This document shows positions 49,761 through 63,820 of a stretch of DNA of 64,000 nucleotides, piece after piece. Position 1 is the first letter of the stretch, and every line of letters begins with the position of its first letter. This DNA is from Marsupella aquatica (Eukaryota > Plantae > Marchantiophyta): contig OZ316899.1 in assembly GCA_973895155.1 (NCBI GenBank), positions 11,063,135 to 11,127,134 on the forward strand. The letters run 5' to 3'. A model generated the notes under the pieces. It was not told where the DNA came from. It worked only from the letters and a program-made list of their open reading frames with translations, and ran no database searches. The position numbers and the translations under genes were made by a program.

Positions 49761-52700
49761 TATTTGTGGCAACTTGGAAGGGTTGAGGGTACCTGAGGGT
49801 TTGGAAGCATTGGTCATGGAGGGTTTACATAGGAATTAGAGCATGATAAGAAGGGTCATTATATTTTGGGTAAGCTGGTTCTAGAAGCATAGGTTTTGGT
49901 ATAAATTCTGGCAACTTGGAAGGGTTGAGGGTACCTGAGGGGTTGGAAGCATTGGTCATGGAGGGTTTATATAGTAAATAGAGAATGATAAGAAGGGTCA
50001 TTATATTTTGGGTAAGTTGGTTCTAGAAGGATAGGTTTGGGTATTTGTGACAACTTGGAAGGGTTGAGGGTACCTGAGGGTTTGGAAGCATTGGTCATGG
50101 AGGGTTTACATAGGAATTAGAGCATGATAAGAAGGGTCATTATATTTTGGGTAAGTTGGTTCTAGAAGCATAGGTTTTGGTATTTGTGGCAACTTGGAAG
50201 GGTTGAGGGTACCTGAGGGTTTGGAAGCATTGGTCATGTAGGGTTTACATAGGAATTAGAGCATGACAAAGAAGGGTCATTATATTTTGGGTAAGCTGGT
50301 TCTAGAAGCATAGGTTTTGGTATAAATTGTGGCAACTTGGAAGGGTTGAGGGTACCTGAGGGTTTGGAAGCATTGGTCATGGAGGGTTTACATAGGAATT
50401 AGAGCATGATAAGAAGGGTCATTATATTTTGGGTAAGCTGGTTCTAGAAGCATAGGTTTTGGTATAAATTCTGGCAACTTGGAAGGGTTGAGGGTACCTG
50501 ACGGTTTGGAAGCATTGGTCATGTAGGGTTTACATAGGAATTAGAGCATGATAAGAAGGGTCATTATATTTTGGGTAAGCTGGTTCTAGAAGCATAGGTT
50601 TTGGTATAAATTGTGGCAACTTGGAAGGGTTGAGGGTACCTGAGGGTTTGGAAGCATTGGTCATGGAGGGTTTACATAGGAATTAGAGCATGATAAGAAG
50701 GGTCATTATATTTTGGGTAAGTTGGTTCTAGAAGCATAGGTTTTGGTATAAATTGTGGCAACTTGGAAGGGTTGAGGGTACCTGAGGGTTTGGAAGCATT
50801 GGTCATGGAGGGTTTACATAGGAATTAGAGCATGATAAGAAGGGTCATTATATTTTGGGTAAGTTGGTTCTAGAAGCATAGGTTTTGGTATAAATTGTGG
50901 CAACTTGGAAGGGTGGAGGGTACCTGACGGTTTGGAAGCATTGGTCATGGAGGGTTTACATAGGAATTAGAGCATGATAAGAAGGGTCATTATATTTTGG
51001 GTAAGTTGGTTCTAGAAGCATAGGTTTTGGTATTTGTGGCAACTTGGAAGGGTTGAGGGTACCTGAGGGTTTGGAAGCATTGGTCATGCCTGGAGGGTTT
51101 ACATAGGAATTAGAGCATGATAAGAAGGGTCATTATATTTTGGGTAAGCTGGTTCTAGAAGCATAGGTTTTGGTATAAATTGTGGCAACTTGGAAGGGTT
51201 GAGGGTACCTGAGGGTTTGGAAGCATTGGTCATGGAGGGTTTACATAGGAATTAGAGAATGATAAGAAGGGTCATTATATTTTGGGTAAGTTGGTTCTAG
51301 AAGCATAGGTTTTGGTATAAATTGTGGCAACTTGGAAGGGTTGAGGGTACCTGAGGGTTTGGAAGCATTGGTCATGGAGGGTTTACATAGGAATTAGAGC
51401 ATGATAAGAAGGGTCATTATATTTTGGGTAAGCTGGTTCTAGAAGCATAGGTTTTGGTATAAATTCTGGCAACTTGGAAGGGTTGAGGGTATCTGAGGGT
51501 TTGGAAGCATTGGTCATGGAGGGTTTACATAGGAATTAGAGCATGATAAGAAGGGTCATTATATTTTGGGTAAGTTGGTTCTAGAAGCATAGGTTTTGGT
51601 ATAAATTGTGGCAACTTGGAAGGGTTGAGGGTACCTGAGGGTTTGGAAGCATTGGTCATGGAGGGTTTACATAGGAATTAGAGCATGATAAGAAGGGTCA
51701 TTATATTTTGGGTAAGCTGGTTCTAGAAGCATAGGTTTTGGTATAAATTGTGGCAACTTGGAAGGGTTGAGGGTATCTGAGGGTTTGGAAGCATTGGTCA
51801 TGGAGGGTTTACATAGGAATTAGAGCATGATAAGAAGGGTCATTATATTTTGGGTAAGTTGGTTCTAGAAGCATAGGTTTTGGTATAAATTGTGGCAACT
51901 TGGAAGGGTTGAGGGTACCTGAGGGTTTGGAAGCATTGGTCATGGAGGGTTTACATAGGAATTAGAGCATGATAAGAAGGGTCATTATATTTTGGGTAAG
52001 CTGGTTCTAGAAGCATAGGTTTTGGTATAAATTGTGGCAACTTGGAAGGGTTGAGGGTACCTGAGGGTTTGGAAGCATTGGTCATGGAGGGTTTACATAG
52101 GAATTAGAGCATGATAAGAAGGGTCATTATATTTTGGGTAAGCTGGTTCTAGAAGCATAGGTTTTGGTATAAATTCTGGCAACTTGGAAGGGTTGAGGGT
52201 ACCTGAGGGTTTGGAAGCATTGGTCATGGAGGGTTTACATAGGAATTAGAGCATGATAAGAAGGGTCATTATATTTTGGGTAAGTTGGTTCTAGAAGCAT
52301 AGGTTTTGGTATAAATTGTGGCAACTTGGAAGGGTTGAGGGTACCTGAGGGTTTGGAAGCATTGGTCATGCCTGGAGGGTTTACATAGGAATTAGAGCAT
52401 GATAAGAAGGGTCATTATATTTTGGGTAAGTTGGTTCTAGAAGCATAGGTTTTGGTATTTGTGGCAACTTGGAAGGGTTGAGGGTACCTGAGGGTTTGGA
52501 AGCATTGGTCATGGAGGGTTTACATAGGAATTAGAGCATGATAAGAAGGGTCATTATATTTTGGGTAAGCTGGTTCTAGAAGCATAGGTTTTGGTATAAA
52601 TTGTGGCAACTTGGAAGGGTTGAGGGTACCTGAGGGTTTGGAAGCATTGGTCATGGAGGGTTTACATAGGAATTAGAGCATGATAAGAAGGGTCATTATA

Positions 52701-55700
52701 TTTTGGGTAAGCTGGTTCTAGAAGCATAGGTTTTGGTATAAATTGTGGCAACTTGGAAGGGTTGAGGGTACCTGAGGGTTTGGAAGCATTGGTCATGGAG
52801 GGTTTACATAGGAATTAGAGCATGATAAGAAGGGTCATTATATTTTGGGTAAGCTGGTTCTAGAAGCATAGGTTTTGGTATAAATTCTGGCAACTTGGAA
52901 GGGTTGAGGGTACCTGAGGGTTTGGAAGCATTGGTCATGGAGGGTTTACATAGGAATTAGAGCATGATAAGAAGGGTCATTATATTTTGGGTAAGTTGGT
53001 TCTAGAAGCATAGGTTTTGGTATAAATTGTGGCAACTTGGAAGGGTTGAGGGTACCTGAGGGTTTGGAAGCATTGGTCATGGAGGGTTTACATAGGAATT
53101 AGAGCATGATAAGAAGGGTCATTATATTTTTGGTAAGTTGGTTCTAGAAGCATAGGTTTTGGTATTTGTGGCAACTTGGAAGGGTTGAGGGTACCTGAGG
53201 GTTTGGAAGCATTGGTCATGTAGGGTTTACATAGGAATTAGAGCATGATAAGAAGGGTCATTATATTTTGGGTAAGCTGGTTCTAGAAGCATAGGTTTTG
53301 GTATAAATTGTGGCAACTTGGAAGGGTTGAGGGTACCTGAGGGTTTGGAAGCATTGGTCATGGAGGGTTTACATAGGAATTAGAGCATGATAAGAAGGGT
53401 CATTATATTTTGGGTAAGTTGGTTCTAGAAGCATAGGTTTTGGTATAAATTGTGGCAACTTGGAAGGGTGGAGGGTACCTGACGGTTTGGAAGCATTGGT
53501 CATGGAGGGTTTACATAGGAATTAGAGCATGATAAGAAGGGTCATTATATTTTGGGTAAGTTGGTTCTAGAAGCATAGGTTTTGGTATTTGTGGCAACTT
53601 GGAAGGGTTGAGGGTACCTGAGGGTTTGGAAGCATTGGTCATGCCTGGAGGGTTTACATAGGAATTAGAGCATGATAAGAAGGGTCATTATATTTTGGGT
53701 AAGTTGGTTCTAGAAGCATAGGTTTTGGTATTTGTGGCAACTTGGAAGGGTTGAGGGTACCTGAGGGTTTGGAAGCATTGGTCATGGAGGGTTTACATAG
53801 GAATTAGAGCATGATAAGAAGGGTCATTATATTTTGGGTAAGCTGGTTCTAGAAGCATAGGTTTTGGTATAAATTGTGGCAACTTGGAAGGGTTGAGGGT
53901 ACCTGAGGGTTTGGAAGCATTGGTCATGGAGGGTTTACATAGGAATTAGAGCATGATAAGAAGGGTCATTATATTTTGGGTAAGCTGGTTCTAGAAGCAT
54001 AGGTTTTGGTATAAATTGTGGCAACTTGGAAGGGTTGAGGGTACCTGAGGGTTTGGAAGCATTGGTCATGGAGGGTTTACATAGGAATTAGAGCATGATA
54101 AGAAGGGTCATTATATTTTGGGTAAGCTGGTTCTAGAAGCATAGGTTTTGGTATAAATTCTGGCAACTTGGAAGGGTTGAGGGTACCTGAGGGTTTGGAA
54201 GCATTGGTCATGGAGGGTTTACATAGGAATTAGAGCATGATAAGAAGGGTCATTATATTTTGGGTAAGTTGGTTCTAGAAGCATAGGTTTTGGTATAAAT
54301 TGTGGCAACTTGGAAGGGTTGAGGGTACCTGAGGGTTTGGAAGCATTGGTCATGGAGGGTTTACATAGGAATTAGAGCATGATAAGAAGGGTCATTATAT
54401 TTTTGGTAAGTTGGTTCTAGAAGCATAGGTTTTGGTATTTGTGGCAACTTGGAAGGGTTGAGGGTACCTGAGGGTTTGGAAGCATTGGTCATGCCTGGAG
54501 GGTTTACATAGGAATTAGAGCATGATAAGAAGGGTCATTATATTTTGGGTAAGTTGGTTCTAGAAGCATAGGTTTTGGTATTTGTGGCAACTTGGAAGGG
54601 TTGAGGGTACCTGAGGGTTTGGAAGCATTGGTCATGGAGGGTTTACATAGGAATTAGAGCATGATAAGAAGGGTCATTATATTTTGGGTAAGCTGGTTCT
54701 AGAAGCATAGGTTTTGGTATAAATTGTGGCAACTTGGAAGGGTTGAGGGTACCTGAGGGTTTGGAAGCATTGGTCATGGAGGGTTTACATAGGAATTAGA
54801 GCATGATAAGAAGGGTCATTATATTTTGGGTAAGCTGGTTCTAGAAGCATAGGTTTTGGTATAAATTGTGGCAACTTGGAAGGGTTGAGGGTACCTGAGG
54901 GTTTGGAAGCATTGGTCATGGAGGGTTTACATAGGAATTAGAGCATGATAAGAAGGGTCATTATATTTTGGGTAAGCTGGTTCTAGAAGCATAGGTTTTG
55001 GTATAAATTCTGGCAACTTGGAAGGGTTGAGGGTACCTGAGGGTTTGGAAGCATTGGTCATGGAGGGTTTACATAGGAATTAGAGCATGATAAGAAGGGT
55101 CATTATATTTTGGGTAAGTTGGTTCTAGAAGCATAGGTTTTGGTATAAATTGTGGCAACTTGGAAGGGTTGAGGGTACCTGAGGGTTTGGAAGCATTGGT
55201 CATGGAGGGTTTACATAGGAATTAGAGCATGATAAGAAGGGTCATTATATTTTTGGTAAGTTGGTTCTAGAAGCATAGGTTTTGGTATTTGTGGCAACTT
55301 GGAAGGGTTGAGGGTACCTGAGGGTTTGGAAGCATTGGTCATGTAGGGTTTACATAGGAATTAGAGCATGATAAGAAGGGTCATTATATTTTGGGTAAGC
55401 TGGTTCTAGAAGCACAGGTTTTGGTATAAATTGTGGCAACTTGGAAGGGTTGAGGGTACCTGAGGGTTTGGAAGCATTGGTCATGGAGGGTTTACATAGG
55501 AATTAGAGCATGATAAGAAGGGTCATTATATTTTGGGTAAGTTGGTTCTAGAAGCATAGGTTTTGGTATAAATTGTGGCAACTTGGAAGGGTGGAGGGTA
55601 CCTGACGGTTTGGAAGCATTGGTCATGGAGGGTTTACATAGGAATTAGAGCATGATAAGAAGGGTCATTATATTTTGGGTAAGTTGGTTCTAGAAGCATA

Positions 55701-58700
55701 GGTTTTGGTATTTGTGGCAACTTGGAAGGGTTGAGGGTACCTGAGGGTTTGGAAGCATTGGTCATGCCTGGAGGGTTTACATAGGAATTAGAGCATGATA
55801 AGAAGGGTCATTATATTTTGGGTAAGTTGGTTCTAGAAGCATAGGTTTTGGTATTTGTGGCAACTTGGAAGGGTTGAGGGTACCTGAGGGTTTGGAAGCA
55901 TTGGTCATGGAGGGTTTACATAGGAATTAGAGCATGATAAGAAGGGTCATTATATTTTGGGTAAGCTGGTTCTAGAAGCATAGGTTTTGGTATAAATTGT
56001 GGCAACTTGGAAGGGTTGAGGGTACCTGAGGGTTTGGAAGCATTGGTCATGGAGGGTTTACATAGGAATTAGAGCATGATAAGAAGGGTCATTATATTTT
56101 GGGTAAGCTGGTTCTAGAAGCATAGGTTTTGGTATAAATTGTGGCAACTTGGAAGGGTTGAGGGTACCTGAGGGTTTGGAAGCATTGGTCATGGAGGGTT
56201 TACATAGGAATTAGAGCATGATAAGAAGGGTCATTATATTTTGGGTAAGCTGGTTCTAGAAGCATAGGTTTTGGTATAAATTCTGGCAACTTGGAAGGGT
56301 TGAGGGTACCTGAGGGTTTGGAAGCATTGGTCATGGAGGGTTTACATAGGAATTAGAGCATGATAAGAAGGGTCATTATATTTTGGGTAAGTTGGTTCTA
56401 GAAGCATAGGTTTTGGTATAAATTGTGGCAACTTGGAAGGGTTGAGGGTACCTGAGGGTTTGGAAGCATTGGTCATGGAGGGTTTACATAGGAATTAGAG
56501 CATGATAAGAAGGGTCATTATATTTTTGGTAAGTTGGTTCTAGAAGCATAGGTTTTGGTATTTGTGGCAACTTGGAAGGGTTGAGGGTACCTGAGGGTTT
56601 GGAAGCATTGGTCATGTAGGGTTTACATAGGAATTAGAGCATGATAAGAAGGGTCATTATATTTTGGGTAAGCTGGTTCTAGAAGCATAGGTTTTGGTAT
56701 AAATTGTGGCAACTTGGAAGGGTTGAGGGTACCTGAGGGTTTGGAAGCATTGGTCATGGAGGGTTTACATAGGAATTAGAGCATGATAAGAAGGGTCATT
56801 ATATTTTTGGTAAGTTGGTTCTAGAAGCATAGGTTTTGGTATTTGTGGCAACTTGGAAGGGTTGAGGGTACCTGAGGGTTTGGAAGCATTGGTCATGTAG
56901 GGTTTACATAGGAATTAGAGCATGATAAGAAGGGTCATTATATTTTTGGTAAGTTGGTTCTAGAAGCATAGGTTTTGGTATTTGTGGCAACTTGGAAGGG
57001 TTGAGGGTACCTGAGGGTTTGGAAGCATTGGTCATGTAGGGTTTACATAGGAATTAGAGCATGATAAGAAGGGTCATTATATTTTGGGTAAGCTGGTTCT
57101 AGAAGCATAGGTTTTGGTATAAATTGTGGCAACTTGGAAGGGTTGAGGGTACCTGAGGGTTTGGAAGCATTGGTCATGGAGGGTTTACATAGGAATTAGA
57201 GCATGATAAGAAGGGTCATTATATTTTGGGTAAGCTGGTTCTAGAAGCATAGGTTTTGGTAGTTGTGGCAACTTGGAAGGGTTGAGGGTACCTGAGGGTT
57301 TGGAAGTTGGTCATGTAGGGTTTACATAGGAATTAGAGCATGATAAGAAGGGTCATTATATTTTGGGTAAGCTGGTTCTAGAAGCATAGGTTTTGGTATA
57401 AATTGTGGCAACTTGGAAGGGTTGAGGGTACCTGAGGGTTTGGAAGCATTGGTCATGTAGGGTTTACATAGGAATTAGAGCATGATAAGAAGGGTCATTA
57501 TATTTTGGGTAAGTTGGTTCTAGAAGCATAGGTTTTGGTATTTGTGGCAACTTGGAAGGGTTGAGGGTACCTGAGGGTTTGGAAGCATTGGTCATGCCTG
57601 GAGGGTTTACATAGGAATTAGAGCATGATAAGAAGGGTCATTATATTTTGGGTAAGTTGGTTCTAGAAGCATAGGTTTTGGTATTTGTGGCAACTTGGAA
57701 GGGTTGAGGGTACCTGAGGGTTTGGAAGCATTGGTCATGTAGGGTTTACATAGGAATTAGAGCATGATAAGAAGGGTCATTATATTTTGGGTAAGTTGGT
57801 TCTAGAAGCATAGGTTTTGGTATTTGTGGCAACTTGGAAGGGTTGAGGGTACCTGAGGGTTTGGAAGCATTGGTCATGTAGGGTTTACATAGGAATTAGA
57901 GCATGATAAGAAGGGTCATTATATTTTGGGTAAGTTGGTTCTAGAAGCATAGGTTTTGGTATAAATTGTGGCAACTTGGAAGGGTTGAGGGTACCTGAGG
58001 GTTTGGAAGCATTGGTCATGGAGGGTTTACATAGGAATTAGAGCATGATAAGAAGGGTCATTATATTTTTGGTAAGTTGGTTCTAGAAGCATAGGTTTTG
58101 GTATTTGTGGCAACTTGGAAGGGTTGAGGGTACCTGAGGGTTTGGAAGCATTGGTCATGTAGGGTTTACATAGGAATTAGAGCATGATAAGAAGGGTCAT
58201 TATATTTTGGGTAAGCTGGTTCTAGAAGCATAGGTTTTGGTATAAATTGTGGCAACTTGGAAGGGTTGAGGGTACCTGAGGGTTTGGAAGCATTGGTCAT
58301 GGAGGGTTTACATAGGAATTAGAGCATGATAAGAAGGGTCATTATATTTTGGGTAAGCTGGTTCTAGAAGCATAGGTTTTGGTATAAATTGTGGCAACTT
58401 GGAAGGGTTGAGGGTACCTGAGGGTTTGGAAGCATTGGTCATGGAGGGTTTACATAGGAATTAGAGCATGATAAGAAGGGTCATTATATTTTGGGTAAGC
58501 TGGTTCTAGAAGCATAGGTTTTGGTATAAATTCTGGCAACTTGGAAGGGTTGAGGGTACCTGAGGGTTTGGAAGCATTGGTCATGGAGGGTTTACATAGG
58601 AATTAGAGCATGATAAGAAGGGTCATTATATTTTGGGTAAGTTGGTTCTAGAAGCATAGGTTTTGGTATAAATTGTGGCAACTTGGAAGGGTTGAGGGTA

Positions 58701-61700
58701 CCTGAGGGTTTGGAAGCATTGGTCATGGAGGGTTTACATAGGAATTAGAGCATGATAAGAAGGGTCATTATATTTTTGGTAAGTTGGTTCTAGAAGCATA
58801 GGTTTTGGTATTTGTGGCAACTTGGAAGGGTTGAGGGTACCTGAGGGTTTGGAAGCATTGGTCATGTAGGGTTTACATAGGAATTAGAGCATGATAAGAA
58901 GGGTCATTATATTTTGGGTAAGCTGGTTCTAGAAGCATAGGTTTTGGTATAAATTGTGGCAACTTGGAAGGGTTGAGGGTACCTGAGGGTTTGGAAGCAT
59001 TGGTCATGGAGGGTTTACATAGGAATTAGAGCATGATAAGAAGGGTCATTATATTTTGGGTAAGTTGGTTCTAGAAGCATAGGTTTTGGTATAAATTGTG
59101 GCAACTTGGAAGGGTGGAGGGTACCTGACGGTTTGGAAGCATTGGTCATGGAGGGTTTACATAGGAATTAGAGCATGATAAGAAGGGTCATTATATTTTG
59201 GGTAAGTTGGTTCTAGAAGCATAGGTTTTGGTATTTGTGGCAACTTGGAAGGGTTGAGGGTACCTGAGGGTTTGGAAGCATTGGTCATGCCTGGAGGGTT
59301 TACATAGGAATTAGAGCATGATAAGAAGGGTCATTATATTTTGGGTAAGTTGGTTCTAGAAGCATAGGTTTTGGTATTTGTGGCAACTTGGAAGGGTTGA
59401 GGGTACCTGAGGGTTTGGAAGCATTGGTCATGGAGGGTTTACATAGGAATTAGAGCATGATAAGAAGGGTCATTATATTTTGGGTAAGCTGGTTCTAGAA
59501 GCATAGGTTTTGGTATAAATTGTGGCAACTTGGAAGGGTTGAGGGTACCTGAGGGTTTGGAAGCATTGGTCATGGAGGGTTTACATAGGAATTAGAGCAT
59601 GATAAGAAGGGTCATTATATTTTGGGTAAGCTGGTTCTAGAAGCATAGGTTTTGGTATAAATTGTGGCAACTTGGAAGGGTTGAGGGTACCTGAGGGTTT
59701 GGAAGCATTGGTCATGGAGGGTTTACATAGGAATTAGAGCATGATAAGAAGGGTCATTATATTTTGGGTAAGCTGGTTCTAGAAGCATAGGTTTTGGTAT
59801 AAATTCTGGCAACTTGGAAGGGTTGAGGGTACCTGAGGGTTTGGAAGCATTGGTCATGGAGGGTTTACATAGGAATTAGAGCATGATAAGAAGGGTCATT
59901 ATATTTTTGGTAAGTTGGTTCTAGAAGCATAGGTTTTGGTATTTGTGGCAACTTGGAAGGGTTGAGGGTACCTGAGGGTTTGGAAGCATTGGTCATGTAG
60001 GGTTTACATAGGAATTAGAGCATGATAAGAAGGGTCATTATATTTTGGGTAAGTTGGTTCTAGAAGCATAGGTTTTGGTATAAATTGTGGCAACTTGGAA
60101 GGGTTGAGGGTACCTGAGGGTTTGGAAGCATTGGTCATGGAGGGTTTACATAGGAATTAGAGCATGATAAGAAGGGTCATTATATTTTTGGTAAGTTGGT
60201 TCTAGAAGCATAGGTTTTGGTATTTGTGGCAACTTGGAAGGGTTGAGGGTACCTGAGGGTTTGGAAGCATTGGTCATGTAGGGTTTACATAGGAATTAGA
60301 GCATGATAAGAAGGGTCATTATATTTTGGGTAAGCTGGTTCTAGAAGCATAGGTTTTGGTATAAATTGTGGCAACTTGGAAGGGTTGAGGGTACCTGAGG
60401 GTTTGGAAGCATTGGTCATGGAGGGTTTACATAGGAATTAGAGCATGATAAGAAGGGTCATTATATTTTGGGTAAGCTGGTTCTAGAAGCATAGGTTTTG
60501 GTATAAATTGTGGCAACTTGGAAGGGTTGAGGGTACCTGAGGGTTTGGAAGCATTGGTCATGGAGGGTTTACATAGGAATTAGAGCATGATAAGAAGGGT
60601 CATTATATTTTGGGTAAGCTGGTTCTAGAAGCATAGGTTTTGGTATAAATTCTGGCAACTTGGAAGGGTTGAGGGTACCTGAGGGTTTGGAAGCATTGGT
60701 CATGGAGGGTTTACATAGGAATTAGAGCATGATAAGAAGGGTCATTATATTTTGGGTAAGTTGGTTCTAGAAGCATAGGTTTTGGTATAAATTGTGGCAA
60801 CTTGGAAGGGTTGAGGGTACCTGAGGGTTTGGAAGCATTGGTCATGGAGGGTTTACATAGGAATTAGAGCATGATAAGAAGGGTCATTATATTTTTGGTA
60901 AGTTGGTTCTAGAAGCATAGGTTTTGGTATTTGTGGCAACTTGGAAGGGTTGAGGGTACCTGAGGGTTTGGAAGCATTGGTCATGTAGGGTTTACATAGG
61001 AATTAGAGCATGATAAGAAGGGTCATTATATTTTGGGTAAGCTGGTTCTAGAAGCATAGGTTTTGGTATAAATTGTGGCAACTTGGAAGGGTTGAGGGTA
61101 CCTGAGGGTTTGGAAGCATTGGTCATGGAGGGTTTACATAGGAATTAGAGCATGATAAGAAGGGTCATTATATTTTGGGTAAGTTGGTTCTAGAAGCATA
61201 GGTTTTGGTATAAATTGTGGCAACTTGGAAGGGTGGAGGGTACCTGACGGTTTGGAAGCATTGGTCATGGAGGGTTTACATAGGAATTAGAGCATGATAA
61301 GAAGGGTCATTATATTTTGGGTAAGTTGGTTCTAGAAGCATAGGTTTTGGTATTTGTGGCAACTTGGAAGGGTTGAGGGTACCTGAGGGTTTGGAAGCAT
61401 TGGTCATGCCTGGAGGGTTTACATAGGAATTAGAGCATGATAAGAAGGGTCATTATATTTTGGGTAAGTTGGTTCTAGAAGCATAGGTTTTGGTATTTGT
61501 GGCAACTTGGAAGGGTTGAGGGTACCTGAGGGTTTGGAAGCATTGGTCATGGAGGGTTTACATAGGAATTAGAGCATGATAAGAAGGGTCATTATATTTT
61601 GGGTAAGCTGGTTCTAGAAGCATAGGTTTTGGTATAAATTGTGGCAACTTGGAAGGGTTGAGGGTACCTGAGGGTTTGGAAGCATTGGTCATGGAGGGTT

Positions 61701-63820
61701 TACATAGGAATTAGAGCATGATAAGAAGGGTCATTATATTTTGGGTAAGCTGGTTCTAGAAGCATAGGTTTTGGTATAAATTGTGGCAACTTGGAAGGGT
61801 TGAGGGTACCTGAGGGTTTGGAAGCATTGGTCATGGAGGGTTTACATAGGAATTAGAGCATGATAAGAAGGGTCATTATATTTTGGGTAAGCTGGTTCTA
61901 GAAGCATAGGTTTTGGTATAAATTCTGGCAACTTGGAAGGGTTGAGGGTACCTGAGGGTTTGGAAGCATTGGTCATGGAGGGTTTACATAGGAATTAGAG
62001 CATGATAAGAAGGGTCATTATATTTTGGGTAAGTTGGTTCTAGAAGCATAGGTTTTGGTATAAATTGTGGCAACTTGGAAGGGTTGAGGGTACCTGAGGG
62101 TTTGGAAGCATTGGTCATGGAGGGTTTACATAGGAATTAGAGCATGATAAGAAGGGTCATTATATTTTGGGTAAGTTGGTTCTAGAAGCATAGGTTTTGG
62201 TAGTTGTGGCAACTTGGAAGGGTTGAGGGTACCTGAGGGTTTGGAAGTTGGTCATGTAGGGTTTACATAGGAATTAGAGCATGATAAGAAGGGTCATTAT
62301 ATTTTGGGTAAGCTGGTTCTAGAAGCATAGGTTTTGGTATAAATTGTGGCAACTTGGAAGGGTTGAGGGTACCTGAGGGTTTGGAAGCATTGGTCATGTA
62401 GGGTTTACATAGGAATTAGAGCATGATAAGAAGGGTCATTATATTTTGGGTAAGTTGGTTCTAGAAGCATAGGTTTTGGTATAAATTGTGGCAACTTGGA
62501 AGGGTGGAGGGTACCTGACGGTTTGGAAGCATTGGTCATGGAGGGTTTACATAGGAATTAGAGCATGATAAGAAGGGTCATTATATTTTGGGTAAGTTGG
62601 TTCTAGAAGCATAGGTTTTGGTATAAATTGTGGCAACTTGGAAGGGTGGAGGGTACCTGACGGTTTGGAAGCATTGGTCATGGAGGGTTTACATAGGAAT
62701 TAGAGCATGATAAGAAGGGTCATTATATTTTGGGTAAGTTGGTTCTAGAAGCATAGGTTTTGGTATTTGTGGCAACTTGGAAGGGTTGAGGGTACCTGAG
62801 GGTTTGGAAGCATTGGTCATGCCTGGAGGGTTTACATAGGAATTAGAGCATGATAAGAAGGGTCATTATATTTTGGGTAAGTTGGTTCTAGAAGCATAGG
62901 TTTTGGTATTTGTGGCAACTTGGAAGGGTTGAGGGTACCTGAGGGTTTGGAAGCATTGGTCATGGAGGGTTTACATAGGAATTAGAGCATGATAAGAAGG
63001 GTCATTATATTTTGGGTAAGCTGGTTCTAGAAGCATAGGTTTTGGTATAAATTGTGGCAACTTGGAAGGGTTGAGGGTACCTGAGGGTTTGGAAGCATTG
63101 GTCATGGAGGGTTTACATAGGAATTAGAGCATGATAAGAAGGGTCATTATATTTTGGGTAAGTTGGTTCTAGAAGCATAGGTTTTGGTATTTGTGGCAAC
63201 TTGGAAGGGTTGAGGGTACCTGAGGGTTTGGAAGCATTGGTCATGTAGGGTTTACATAGGAATTAGAGCATGATAAGAAGGGTCATTATATTTTGGGTAA
63301 GCTGGTTCTAGAAGCATAGGTTTTGGTATAAATTGTGGCAACTTGGAAGGGTTGAGGGTACCTGAGGGTTTGGAAGCATTGGTCATGGAGGGTTTACATA
63401 GGAATTAGAGCATGATAAGAAGGGTCATTATATTTTGGGTAAGTTGGTTCTAGAAGCATAGGTTTTGGTATTTGTGGCAACTTGGAAGGGTTGAGGGTAC
63501 CTGAGGGTTTTGAAGCATTGGTCATGCCTGGAGGGTTTACATAGGAATTAGAGCATGATAAGAAGGGTCATTATATTTTGGGTAAGTTGGTTCTAGAAGC
63601 ATAGGTTTTGGTATTTGTGGCAACTTGGAAGGGTTGAGGGTACCTGAGGGTTTGGAAGCATTGGTCATGGAGGGTTTACATAGGAATTAGAGCATGATAA
63701 GAAGGGTCATTATATTTTGGGTAAGTTGGTTCTAGAAGCATAGGTTTTGGTATTTGTGGCAACTTGGAAGGGTTGAGGGTACCTGAGGGTTTGGAAGCAT
63801 TGGTCATGGAGGGTTTACAT
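49761..63820. repeat. Satellite DNA array, 142-bp monomer (139/143 variants), about 99 copies
   Basis: Monomer ggcaacttggaagggttgagggtacctgagggtttggaagcattggtcatggagggtttacataggaattagagcatgataagaagggtcattatattttgggtaagctggttctagaagcataggttttggtataaattgt; spacing 50331->50473->50615 = 142. Confidence 0.98.

Noticed and set aside
49761-63820. CRISPR-like regular array
   Set aside because: Monomers are contiguous and near-identical with no unique spacers and no cas genes; eukaryotic satellite.
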